Source: Trichomonas gallinae
Lineage: Eukaryota
DNA length: 45,575 nt
NCBI GenBank assembly: GCA_008369845.1
Contig: MRSU01003010.1
Span: 1-45,575, forward strand
Direction: 5' to 3'
The position numbers were made by a program, and so were the translations under genes. Below the pieces are notes generated by a model that saw only the letters and a program-made list of their open reading frames with translations, did not search any database and was not told the DNA's origin. Of the stretch, positions 1 to 10,210 are shown in pieces (position 1 is the first letter of the stretch; the number at the start of each line of letters is the position of its first letter).

Positions 1-2
1 AC

Positions 3-25
3 AAAAAAAAAAAAAAAAAAAAAAA
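3..25. repeat. A23 homopolymer at window start
   Basis: 23 consecutive A residues, read directly. Confidence 0.95.
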
Positions 26-700
26 TCAAAATTCTTGTTTCCATGTCTAACACATTAAGAGATGGCATAAAACATTAGATGCTGTCCATTGATGCGTTAC
101 ACAATTCACAAATTGAATCTCAAACTGAGAAAAATCATTATGCTTGCTCATATTCTCACAAATTGAGTCTCTGATTTTTTTTTTTGGAGTTGCTGAGACT
201 GAGAGCTGACCGAATTCGATGCACTCACTTATTAAATATTTAACATCGATAGAATTTCAACGACTTTTGCACCGTCACTTTTCAAAAATCGACATTCATA
301 CTCGATTTTTGAGTGTCACATTTTTGATTAATTTTGCTATGATTTTCGTCAGGAGAAGCAATAAGATATTTGCGTAAGAAGTTATGTGAGATATTTTATA
401 TACGCATGCGTTAAATTTATGCGTTTAGATTCAGATTTTATCATTAAGTAATATTATATGATTATTTTAATTCATATGAGATTACTTTTGCGCTCACCAC
501 TCATATGAGTCATGACTCATGAATCCAACTCTCAAAATCGACTTATTTTGTAAACTTCAGAAAATCGATTTATAGTGTTTCTACACCCACTCCACTTTCC
601 CACATCCTTAGTGATAAACGAGTTGGTTGCAATGTCGTTGAAATTTGAATGCTTCATCACAACGACATTTCAAAAAATTAAAGCAATGCTACAAATTTGG
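26..700. repeat. Non-coding, repeat- and palindrome-rich segment; possible remnant or end of a repetitive element
   Basis: Direct repeat TCACAAATTGARTCTC (106-121, 156-171). T11 at 175-185. Inverted repeats 253-264/634-645 and 631-640/660-669. Palindromes 499-510 and 505-520. No transposase, TIR pair or TSD identified. Confidence 0.35.
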
Positions 701-821
701 AAAAAGCTTTTTCAGATTTTCATAAAAATTGTCATGTAAACATTATAAAAAATCCAACTACCCAAAATTGAGACGATTCAATAGTATTCAATTGCCTTCC
801 ATTTCATTTTTAATTGTTGTA

Positions 822-1242
822 ATGGCGAGACATAAAACAGCAAAGGAACGTATCATAATTATACCTGTAAAAAAATTATAAAGGAGTGACTTTTGTGATT
901 CAACCAACAAAAGTCGAAGAAGACCAAATTCGAAAAAATTGTCCAAAAATTGTTAGAGTTTATTTTACTAATGATAATAGTGAACAAAAGGATATTGTAA
1001 AACAAAGGGAACTTAAAAAAGGAGAATTTGGTGATTTTTTAAAATCCATCGAATTTTTCATTAGTGATGGCATTTATGAACTAAGTATTGGTGAAAAGGA
1101 TTCTCCATTGAATTTCAATTCATTTTCATCTTCAAAACTAGAATTTGATTCCCTTTCTCTTGATCTCAATGATCAAATAGACGAAGCTAATCATTATCTC
1201 AATGATTACGACAATTCTTTTGATGATCTAATTTATTTTTAA
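822..1242 (+). pseudogene. Small acidic hypothetical protein (~139 aa) broken by a one-base frameshift in an A7 run (pseudogene or sequencing error)
   Basis: Inr-like TCATT at 804-808 and ATG at 822 give MARHKTAKERIIIIPVKKL* (stop 879-881). Removing one A from 869-875 joins this to the 871-1242 frame (KNYKGVTFVIQ...DDLIYF*). The stop overlaps TAAA. Confidence 0.6.
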
Positions 1243-2020
1243 ATATTCATTCTATGTCATATGGTATTTGCGTTTTTAAGTGTATTAAATGATTGTACTT
1301 CAAGAGCAGTCTATAATTATCAGAATTTGTATTTTTAAATTGAATTTTCATAATTTTATGTGTATATTAATAACATGCAGAAGAACATTACCATTAATAA
1401 GCTATGCAATATTTTTGAGATTTGATTTTTGAATTTCATCAATTGCAATAATATTTGTTGAGAACGTGTAATTTGTAATACATAGTGAAATGGTGCAAAA
1501 TAACAAATGAACTATGGCTTTGTCCTTCATATAACATTTAAGATTATTGCATTTCACGGATAATCCTGAATTTTTGTGCGATGAAAATGGTCTGTGGAGT
1601 ATGTCGCTGTTGATAACATGATGCGAAATAGTTACGAAATTTCATGTTTGTAATTCAACAAAAACAAATCAAATATTTTGAATATTACTCTCATAATAAA
1701 TAATTTGATAATATTTTTAGATAAAATAAACGAGTTTTCAAAAGTTTATTTTGTATTTTAGATACAATACTTGATATTTGGAATCGAGCAAGTATCTAGA
1801 ATCCGTTTCTCATAATAAAAGCAAAGTCAACTGTCAATTTTACATCTGTCATCATTATCATCACATCGAGGATATAAATATAAATCAAAAACTAACGATA
1901 AAAATAAAAAATCAAATTGAAAGCAATTGTTTGGCACTTTTCTCATCGGAAGTGTTATATTATAGAATAATAATTTTAAATCGAAATATCGAAAAGTGAT
2001 TTTTTGATTCAATTTTCAAA

Positions 2021-3349
2021 ATGGCTACAGTGATAGATCAGCCACTTCTCGAGGCCGGTGATGATTTCAAGTCGGATATTTCTGAGATTTCAACTGTTGC
2101 AGACGGTGATATCGAACAACAAAAGATTTTCCACTACCAGGAAAGCCAATCTTCATCGTTATTTGATGCATTCCAGCTTCTATTGAATACTGCTATTGGA
2201 TCTGGTACACTCATGGTTCCATATTGCTATACACAAGGTATCGCGTTGAGCGCACTGATTTCTGCCGGTTTTGCAATAATCGGTTACTTTACACTTTCAT
2301 TTATGGCTGAATCAGGCTATTTTACACACAAGTATGATTACCGTGGCCTTTTCGCACACACATTTGGCCAAAACAAGTTATGGATTATTAACGTTATGAT
2401 TACTTGCGTTCAATTAGGAGCTTCTATGATTTATTGTCATTGGAATGGTCGCCTCATGCCAAAATTAATTGGCACAGTTGGCAGAAAGGATGTTTGGGGA
2501 AACGTTCCATTTTGGACAATGATTATGGCCATTTGCTTCTCGGTTCCACTTGTTTGCTTGAGATCTATACACGCTCTTGAGAAAATTGCTGTACTTTCCA
2601 CCTTCTGTATCTTCTTATTAATTATTCACGCTGTTTATTGGCTGATTGTTGATATTAAGGAGCAAGGATTCGACCCACAACATGCAGTCAAGTGGTTTAA
2701 CCCTAACGCTGCAACAATTACTTCACTTGCTGTGAGCTCAATGGCTTATAACTGCCATCTCAACTATTTCCCAGCCATCGAGAACATGAAAATGGCAACA
2801 GTCGGTCGTGGCCGCAAACTTGCACTTATTACAATGATCGCAGCATACATCCTTTACAATGTTTTCGGACTTGTTACTTATCTCGATCTCAACAGCAAGC
2901 TCGATCGCTCTTCTTCACTCCTTAAATACGATGACCACAACGTTTTCACAAAGATCACACTTGCTGGCATCATCTTCCTTCTCGTTTTATCAGTTCCAAT
3001 CGTTGTTTGGGCTGCAAGAAACTCAATTAACAACCTCATCTGGAAGGATGAACCACCGACAACATTAAGATGGATTTTAATCGGTACAGCCATCTCCGTT
3101 TGCGCTGCTGGCCTCGCTGCATCATCTGAGAATGTTATTCTTTTCTTCGATGTCGTTGGTGGATTCTTCACACCAACAATCATCTTTTTGATGCCGGCTG
3201 TATTCTACCTTAAGAACGAGCGCAATGAGCCGAAGTGGAGGAAAGGTGTTGCATGGTTTATCGCCTTCTTCACAATCGTCGCCATTGTTGTCATCTTGTA
3301 CCAAGTCGGTCAGGAGATTTACCACGAGTTCAAGCCAAAGAAGAAGTAA
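2021..3349 (+). CDS. Transmembrane amino acid transporter (AAAP/Aa_trans, SLC38-like)
   Basis: 442 aa with about 11 hydrophobic segments. LLNTAIGSGTLMVPY matches the family TM1 motif, and AYNCH and ...FLMPAVFYL are also typical. Confidence 0.9.
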   Translation: MATVIDQPLLEAGDDFKSDISEISTVADGDIEQQKIFHYQESQSSSLFDAFQLLLNTAIGSGTLMVPYCYTQGIALSALISAGFAIIGYFTLSFMAESGYFTHKYDYRGLFAHTFGQNKLWIINVMITCVQLGASMIYCHWNGRLMPKLIGTVGRKDVWGNVPFWTMIMAICFSVPLVCLRSIHALEKIAVLSTFCIFLLIIHAVYWLIVDIKEQGFDPQHAVKWFNPNAATITSLAVSSMAYNCHLNYFPAIENMKMATVGRGRKLALITMIAAYILYNVFGLVTYLDLNSKLDRSSSLLKYDDHNVFTKITLAGIIFLLVLSVPIVVWAARNSINNLIWKDEPPTTLRWILIGTAISVCAAGLAASSENVILFFDVVGGFFTPTIIFLMPAVFYLKNERNEPKWRKGVAWFIAFFTIVAIVVILYQVGQEIYHEFKPKKK

Positions 3350-3510
3350 TTTTAATTTTATAATTTGACGAGTTTAATCGTCGAATTGGATAATTAACTA
3401 AGTCAACATCGCAACTAATATAGTGTAATAAAAAATAGTATATATATTATGGATTTTTTCGATATTTTTCTAAATTGCTAACATATATTATAATACAAAC
3501 AGAATACAAA

Positions 3511-4152
3511 CTATGAATTAGGACGAGTCCATTTGACCTGGTCTATTTCTTCTTCTTTCGCATTAAATTTAAATTTTCCTTCTTTATGCTTATATGCTCT
3601 AAGATTACCTAGATTTTGAATAGTATTTGAACATTCCTCAAAGCCATGAGATGCAAAGCATCCAGCAGCTGAAGTTAATAATGTTGATGGACTCAAAGAA
3701 CCAAGTAAACGTCCAAATATATTAATATCAACCATAAAAACTTCCATGTTATACCATCGGACACCACAAAAGTTGAACAACTCTGGCCTTTCTTGAACAA
3801 TTCGCAATGCATTCCAAAGTTTGTGTTCAAATCGAATAATTTTGTTTGAACGCTTAACAAACAATATACGCTTGAGTCCTGGAAAGTTTACTGGATAATT
3901 AATATTTGAAAATATTTTCTTGGGAATAAACTCCATCAAAGCAGGATTAATGAATACTTCTGTACTACTAAAGATGATCTTTTGATTCTTAAAGGCTGGA
4001 AACAATAACCTTTGAGAAGGACTACAATTTACTGTTGGAATCATATCTGTTACAACAACATTGGATACCCTTCCTGTTCCATCATTCATCAGACAGCTGA
4101 TATAGTTCGATTTTAAGTTAACATCCAATTTTGCAGTTCTTAATTTGCTCAT
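3511..4152 (-). CDS. Trichomonad initiator-binding-domain (IBD/IBP39-related) family protein, putative transcription factor
   Basis: C-terminal RFEHKLWNAL...GVRW...FMVDINIFGRLLG...G.F.SHGF...W pattern recalled from the expanded trichomonad IBD family. ATG at 4152 chosen instead of the GTG at 4179; Inr-like TCATT at 4163-4167. Confidence 0.6.
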   Translation of the reverse strand: MSKLRTAKLDVNLKSNYISCLMNDGTGRVSNVVVTDMIPTVNCSPSQRLLFPAFKNQKIIFSSTEVFINPALMEFIPKKIFSNINYPVNFPGLKRILFVKRSNKIIRFEHKLWNALRIVQERPELFNFCGVRWYNMEVFMVDINIFGRLLGSLSPSTLLTSAAGCFASHGFEECSNTIQNLGNLRAYKHKEGKFKFNAKEEEIDQVKWTRPNS

Positions 4153-4703
4153 TTTTAAACCAAATGAAGTGTAAATCACATTTGACTCAAACGTTATTAT
4201 CAGAGTTTATGCTTAATATATTATACTGCAAAAACTCAAATCCATAATTTCTGAAGTTTACATAAGCAAAAACCCACAGAGAAATACGTTATTTCTAAAA
4301 AAACCTACAGAAGAATATTCATTCATTTCAATGGCAAGAAAATTCTATCTGGTTCAAAAGCATAGTAGATAGTGGTGTTGTAACACTTATAATTACTAGT
4401 ATAAAGCTTGAAATTTGGTATACGATATATATAGGCATGAATGATTGACAAAAAAAAAATCATTTTTCGATGGTTGTTACTACCTCGTTAATGGAGACTA
4501 TGACTGATTGAGTGCAAAAGGACGATATATTTCTATAGAGCCACAGTGTGATGATGTAGTAATGAGTCACCAAAAATTTTTTGCAGCAAACTCCTAGATA
4601 ATGGTTCTACAATATTAAATATGTCAGTTTTATTTTTTGTCATTTTGTCAATTTACATTTGTAAACGTCAAAATTTTATCAAAAAAAAATCGTTTTTTCT
4701 TGA

Positions 4704-7700
4704 ATGAGTGTTTCCGGCGGGTCGAATAATGGCCGGGACGAATTAGATATATACTTAGATGAAGCTGAAGATGAGACTGCGAAATCTTCGGTGTTAGTCC
4801 AAGCATTACTTGTAGATAACGTAGGATCGGATCAATATTCGAAACTAAAGTACCAATTAGCAAATAAAGGCAACGAAGCTCGCTTAAACGCAGCAGCAAC
4901 TAAAATTCAGAAGACATTTCGAATGTATATCATTCATTCAAAGTATCACTATATTTATGATTCTTTAATTCGTGCAAAAAGGAACTTAACACGCGCATAT
5001 TTCAATGTTTTATTCCTAAATACGAACTTAAAAGACCAAGCATATCGATCAAATGCATATAATCACCTCGTTAAAGAATTTAATTCCCGAAGAGCTTTTC
5101 CTCCGAACTATAAATCTGTGTCAGAAACAACATTTAGAATAACAGGACAAGCATACATACCGCAAAAGATAAATGAACAACATTTAGTATCTTTTGTTAA
5201 ATTTTTCTATGCAAAACTGTGCCGCGATATTATAATGGAGTGGAGAATTGCTGTGTCAAAAGAAAAATCCAGAAGGGAGCTCTTAAATCCGTTTGATTTT
5301 CAAAGATATAGAAAATTTCACTCAAATGTCCAATTCGTTTGTTTTGGACTTTGGCGTGGCTGGGTTCAGAACAGAAAATACGGCAAGATCAGAACCCCAT
5401 ATTCATATCCTGAATGGAACAACTACATGAAGCACAGAGAAGCAAAATTCGGAAAAATCGCCAAAGCTGATCAAAAGAGAAAAGACTTCGTCGCTCGCAA
5501 TGCACTTCAGGCACTCTCACAGCATATGCGTGATAGGCATCAATTGCAGCAAGATTTAATTGCATCAGATAATTTCAGACTCAAGCAGATAATGAAGCTC
5601 ACATATCAAGCGTGGACAAGAGTCATCCTCCAAAACACGCAGCGATTGATTCTTCAGCATAACATCATCCAAAAATGGCGAACTTTGACAGCAGTAAACT
5701 CGAATTTAAAAAGACTGCTTAAAATCGCTCAAGACAGACATAATTTGTACTTGAAGCGTCGAACACTGGCTATGTTTGTTGCAAATATCAGGGCAGCTGG
5801 AATCACACGCGCTTACATTTATTGCAAATTGCAAGCGAAACCATCATTAGGTTTAAGCTTTGTTTACAACTTGATGAAGAACGATTACGAGGCTGCTCTT
5901 TCTAGTGCGTTTGCTGGATGGAGTGCTTATGTCCGCCGCCGCAGAAACTGGCACAGATTCCTCTTCCAGAACATCAAAACAACAGAATACGATGTCACAA
6001 AGAAGAAAGCAATTGCAGCACTGAGGAAAAAAGGTCCACCTTATCTCACACCTCAATTATTCACTGCAGACGTTTTCAAACAAGAAACACTGCTTATGTA
6101 TGAACGTGTCATGAAGTCAGCCGGCAGTGAGCGCCAGATTTTCCTGCTTCTTAATGACAAAGAAGCAACAACAGCGCAAAGAAATGTTTCGACGGCAAAG
6201 AACAGAGTAGATTCCAGAGAATTCTTCTTCAAAGCATGGCTCGCGACGAAATTCAATCCAGCACTATTCATGAGAGTAGCAATCATCAATCACGCAAAAA
6301 GGACAGCGGAGTTCTGCCCTTCAACAGAAGCAGAGAGATTCAAGAATTCATTCCAGCGCGCTTTCTTCTTCCTTCAGCAGTGCAACTTTGCCAGTGCTGC
6401 AGGAATTGTTGCCCTTAAAAAAGCAATCACAGAGAACGCAAAAAATTCATTTCTGAACAGGAGAAACTGCCTGGCAAGAGACAACCTCATCATCAAAGCT
6501 CACGCAGCCCACGAAAGCGCTGAAAAATACGAAAAAGAAAATCCGAATTTCAAAGCAAGTTCGAATCTTTGTCAATTTGACCAAATCAAAAAACTGACAA
6601 ATGATTTGACATCGAATCTTAAGCCAATCATTCAGTTGACTGCCATCAGCACACGTGAAGGACTTGCCAATGATCCAAACTTTTCGCTGATCAGAGGCTG
6701 CCATGCTCGAATTCCTTCTCTTAAAGCAACAATCAATAACTCGAGACATGAATACGCGATGAAATTGAAGCGACTTGAATTCCAGCCCATAATTCCTCAG
6801 TTCAACAACTTCAAAGTTAAAACGTCCACAGACAACAGCAGCATTGGTGCGAAAACTCAAGTCACAGCGGATTCTTTCACAGCGAACAAATACGAAAACG
6901 TGCAGACAAAATTTGTCAACAAAAAACTTTTCGCTGCTGTTCCAAGGGTTGGCCGCCGCGCTCGTGTCATCAACCACGCGATCAAGAACAAGTTCAATGT
7001 CAACATGCAGTACGAAGAAGATGAAGAAGAGGACCTTCTTCCAATGCTGAATGTTCAAAGTATTGCAGGACTCCGAGAAAATCTTGGTGTTTCACATGCA
7101 GACTTTTCGCGCCATCTTTCAGCATTTTCATCAAGAATATCTTTAACATCATCCAGCAGGACAACTGATTCATTTTTATCTCAGTCTCAGGACACGATTG
7201 AAGAACTGGATGGCGAAGAATATAATACTCGCAGAAGATTTGACGCGTTGAGTCTTGATTCGTATGGCGAAATCGTCGAAGAAGGCGAAGAAGAAGACTA
7301 CTACGAAGAAGAGGAAGAAGAAGTCGACGCAATCAAAATACTAGATGATGAAGAAAGGAAAACAGTCCATCAAAGTCTTGATCACATCTTCAGTTCCACG
7401 ATCACAAGACAGCAGAGCTTTGAAGAACTCAATGCAGACCCAGACATTGGCACTAAGTACAAACAGTTCGTCGACATCTTGTTCTCGGATCCACTGGCAC
7501 TCCAAGACGCGAACTTGGACAACGTCAGAAGAGTCTTAGTCGAGAAAGCGGAAGCAAATGCTCCAATAATGAAGGCAGCCGTTGACACGAAAAAGTACGC
7601 GATGCCAATCAGCAACTTGACGACTGCTTACAGGACAGAGCATTTCTTGAGTGGCTCGGACTTCGAAGACTCAGAGGAAGAAGAAGTAACTGACACCAAA

Positions 7701-10133
7701 TCTGTCAAATCAAAAGGCTCAAAGATTTCTACTGCGTCGTCCAAATTTAAGTCAAGTGATGTTGTCAGCTTCGCAAACGAGACGTCCATCTCGTACACAT
7801 CTAAAAAGTACAAGCCCCCGCCACCGAAGAAGACTGTCACGAGGATGACAATGGGCAGCCGTGGCTCTATGCAGAAATCAGTCAAATCAGCAGATCCCGA
7901 AACGTCAGATGACGACGATGACAGACTTTTCCGTGAGCACGAACACATCATTCAGCTCGAGTCAGACAACAAGAAGCCTGAAGAGGAAGAAAAGCATGAA
8001 GAAGAAGATGGACAAGAGAGTACATCAGAGCACGAAGAAGAGAAGAAAGAGGAAGAAGAAACAAAGAAGTCAGTAGAAGAAGAAAAGAAAGACGAGGAAT
8101 ATGATTATTCATATGAAGAGGAAGAACTCGAATCTGACTATTCATATGAGTATTATTACAGCGACAGCGATGCAACACTTTCAACAATTGCCAGCTCAGT
8201 TTCGGGCGAACAATCATCAATTGAACAACCAGAAACTAAAAGTGTTGACGGCGAAACAAAAAGTATTGCAAAGTCAGAGGATCTCAAAAGTGTCAGCGGA
8301 AGTACAGTTGCCAGCACTACCAGCAGCAAGCACACTCGCCGCAGACGCCGCAAAGATGACAGAGGCTCAACAAATTCCAGGGCATCATCGAAAGGTTCAA
8401 CAAAGTCTAAATCAGAAGGCCAAACTCCACTCGAAACACCATCAACACATCACTCAAAGAGATCTCACAAATCAAGGAGGCATAAGAAGAGGGCTGAGAA
8501 GAAGCCGGAGCCACCAAAACCAGTCATGGACTTCGACAAACTCAACAAAGTCGTTTTCCAGTTCGTCGAGAAATCAGTCAAACACATCGACTTCGAAGAC
8601 TTGGTCGAAATCGATCCAGAAGAACCAGAAGAGGCACAGCCAACTAAGATTGCAACTCGTCCGCAGAACAAAGGAAAGAAAGAGAAAAAGCTTTATCAGG
8701 CACCAGAAGCTCCTAAACAGTTTCAGCACAAAGTCTTCGAGAAGCGTCTTCCTAAACCAAAGAAGAAAGAAGGCCCAATCATCGACAGCCGCGCGCAGAA
8801 CATGACTCAGTCAATGGAGAAGATCATCAACGAGGGCAACATGCTCAACAAAATCATATACAACCAAGGACAGACGCAGATTGTTCCTAAGATATCAAAC
8901 AAGAAGCCTCTGCCTCCTCTTGACAAGACAACTGATTCTTCTCCTTCTCCACAAGTCTCGCAGCAGTCAGTCGACCAGACAATCAGCAAGGCGATGAACC
9001 TCACTGAGCCAGTCAACAATGTCCAAAGGAAGAGGAAGCCAATGATCAACAACTCGCCGAAAGTCGCCGACGAAGAACCATTCCCTGACTTTTCCGGCTT
9101 CGTTCGCATTGACGATCCAAACGAAAGCAAGCCCAAGCGTCAAGGCCCTAAGATACAGCACGGCCTTGGCTACAAATCTTATTCATCTATGAAGCCCAAA
9201 CCACCTGAGCAGCACAGCGACTTGATGCAGTCAATAGAGCAGCACTCATTGTCTCCTGTAAGCAAGACTCCTATAAAGAAGTTGATGATTAATCCTCCAA
9301 TCAAGAAACCGATTGTTCTCAAGAATGACACAATCAGTGTTCACAGCTACAGCAAGTCATCAACGACTAGTTCACTTGCTACGCAATCTGTCAAATCGAA
9401 CTTGACGAGCAAGAGCGATTTGAACTCGAAGGCTCTTCGCAAAGTTGTCCGCCAGATCATAGACGTAATCGCCACATCACAAGACGGCCAATCTGAACTT
9501 AAGCGTCTTTACAGGCGATCAGCAATGATGCGCCGCAAGCCAGCGTTCGTTGGCCTCAAAGCACCAGAATATTCCGTCAATAACCAGTTCTACGACAAGA
9601 CTCAGTCCGTCCTTATCAGGTACACGACTTCGCAAAATGTCCACAATGCTGCAGAAGAGGTTTTTGACATTTTCTCTGAGTCAATTGACAACGCGCACAT
9701 CTTGATCGAAGAGGTTGAGCGCGCTCTTAAAGACATCAAAGAGACAGAGAAGAGCATGCTAACGCATCAGCCAACAGAGAAAATCGATCCAACTACTCTT
9801 CCTCCTGCCATTGCTGTCCAGCTTGTTGACCTTGACTGGATGGCAAGCTTAGGAGGTTTGACATCAACCGGCGTCGAAGTCCTTTACAAAGACAATGGAC
9901 GTGGCTCGTGGAGTGCTGTCCTTGCTCCATCAAAGAAAGACAATAGAAGGGATGAGCGATCTAACAGACATGGTAGAGGTAGACGTCGCGGAAAGAAGTC
10001 ATATGTTATCGAAGGATTCCAGTCACCTGACAAACTGCCACTTGACGAACTCATGCTTGTCTCACAGTATGTCCCACAAGAGATGGTTAACCAAGTCCTT
10101 GCGCAATATGGTAACAACACTGACAACGAATAA
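4704..10133 (+). CDS. Large hypothetical protein (1809 aa) with N-terminal IQ motif, Trp-containing Sfi1-like repeats and long acidic/basic disordered regions
   Basis: 5.4-kb ORF. AATKIQKTFRMY is an IQ-like motif. Repeated IMEWR, FGLWR, YQAWT, IQKWR, FAGWS and FKAWL. E-rich and S/K-rich low-complexity middle. Confidence 0.75.
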   Translation: MSVSGGSNNGRDELDIYLDEAEDETAKSSVLVQALLVDNVGSDQYSKLKYQLANKGNEARLNAAATKIQKTFRMYIIHSKYHYIYDSLIRAKRNLTRAYFNVLFLNTNLKDQAYRSNAYNHLVKEFNSRRAFPPNYKSVSETTFRITGQAYIPQKINEQHLVSFVKFFYAKLCRDIIMEWRIAVSKEKSRRELLNPFDFQRYRKFHSNVQFVCFGLWRGWVQNRKYGKIRTPYSYPEWNNYMKHREAKFGKIAKADQKRKDFVARNALQALSQHMRDRHQLQQDLIASDNFRLKQIMKLTYQAWTRVILQNTQRLILQHNIIQKWRTLTAVNSNLKRLLKIAQDRHNLYLKRRTLAMFVANIRAAGITRAYIYCKLQAKPSLGLSFVYNLMKNDYEAALSSAFAGWSAYVRRRRNWHRFLFQNIKTTEYDVTKKKAIAALRKKGPPYLTPQLFTADVFKQETLLMYERVMKSAGSERQIFLLLNDKEATTAQRNVSTAKNRVDSREFFFKAWLATKFNPALFMRVAIINHAKRTAEFCPSTEAERFKNSFQRAFFFLQQCNFASAAGIVALKKAITENAKNSFLNRRNCLARDNLIIKAHAAHESAEKYEKENPNFKASSNLCQFDQIKKLTNDLTSNLKPIIQLTAISTREGLANDPNFSLIRGCHARIPSLKATINNSRHEYAMKLKRLEFQPIIPQFNNFKVKTSTDNSSIGAKTQVTADSFTANKYENVQTKFVNKKLFAAVPRVGRRARVINHAIKNKFNVNMQYEEDEEEDLLPMLNVQSIAGLRENLGVSHADFSRHLSAFSSRISLTSSSRTTDSFLSQSQDTIEELDGEEYNTRRRFDALSLDSYGEIVEEGEEEDYYEEEEEEVDAIKILDDEERKTVHQSLDHIFSSTITRQQSFEELNADPDIGTKYKQFVDILFSDPLALQDANLDNVRRVLVEKAEANAPIMKAAVDTKKYAMPISNLTTAYRTEHFLSGSDFEDSEEEEVTDTKSVKSKGSKISTASSKFKSSDVVSFANETSISYTSKKYKPPPPKKTVTRMTMGSRGSMQKSVKSADPETSDDDDDRLFREHEHIIQLESDNKKPEEEEKHEEEDGQESTSEHEEEKKEEEETKKSVEEEKKDEEYDYSYEEEELESDYSYEYYYSDSDATLSTIASSVSGEQSSIEQPETKSVDGETKSIAKSEDLKSVSGSTVASTTSSKHTRRRRRKDDRGSTNSRASSKGSTKSKSEGQTPLETPSTHHSKRSHKSRRHKKRAEKKPEPPKPVMDFDKLNKVVFQFVEKSVKHIDFEDLVEIDPEEPEEAQPTKIATRPQNKGKKEKKLYQAPEAPKQFQHKVFEKRLPKPKKKEGPIIDSRAQNMTQSMEKIINEGNMLNKIIYNQGQTQIVPKISNKKPLPPLDKTTDSSPSPQVSQQSVDQTISKAMNLTEPVNNVQRKRKPMINNSPKVADEEPFPDFSGFVRIDDPNESKPKRQGPKIQHGLGYKSYSSMKPKPPEQHSDLMQSIEQHSLSPVSKTPIKKLMINPPIKKPIVLKNDTISVHSYSKSSTTSSLATQSVKSNLTSKSDLNSKALRKVVRQIIDVIATSQDGQSELKRLYRRSAMMRRKPAFVGLKAPEYSVNNQFYDKTQSVLIRYTTSQNVHNAAEEVFDIFSESIDNAHILIEEVERALKDIKETEKSMLTHQPTEKIDPTTLPPAIAVQLVDLDWMASLGGLTSTGVEVLYKDNGRGSWSAVLAPSKKDNRRDERSNRHGRGRRRGKKSYVIEGFQSPDKLPLDELMLVSQYVPQEMVNQVLAQYGNNTDNE

Positions 10134-10210
10134 TAATATTTGTATATTTTCACTTGTTGAATAAATTTTTGTATGTTTTGTTTTGTTTATGAAATTACTG
10201 TCACTTTTCA

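Noticed and set aside
1778..2012. Short ORFs 1778-1999 (+) and 1827-2012 (-)
   Set aside because: Very AT-rich promoter region of the transporter, non-ATG starts, no recognisable motif.
4548..4554. Box C-like GTGATGA (also at 25252) suggesting a C/D snoRNA
   Set aside because: No CTGA box D at a suitable distance on the same strand and no terminal stem.
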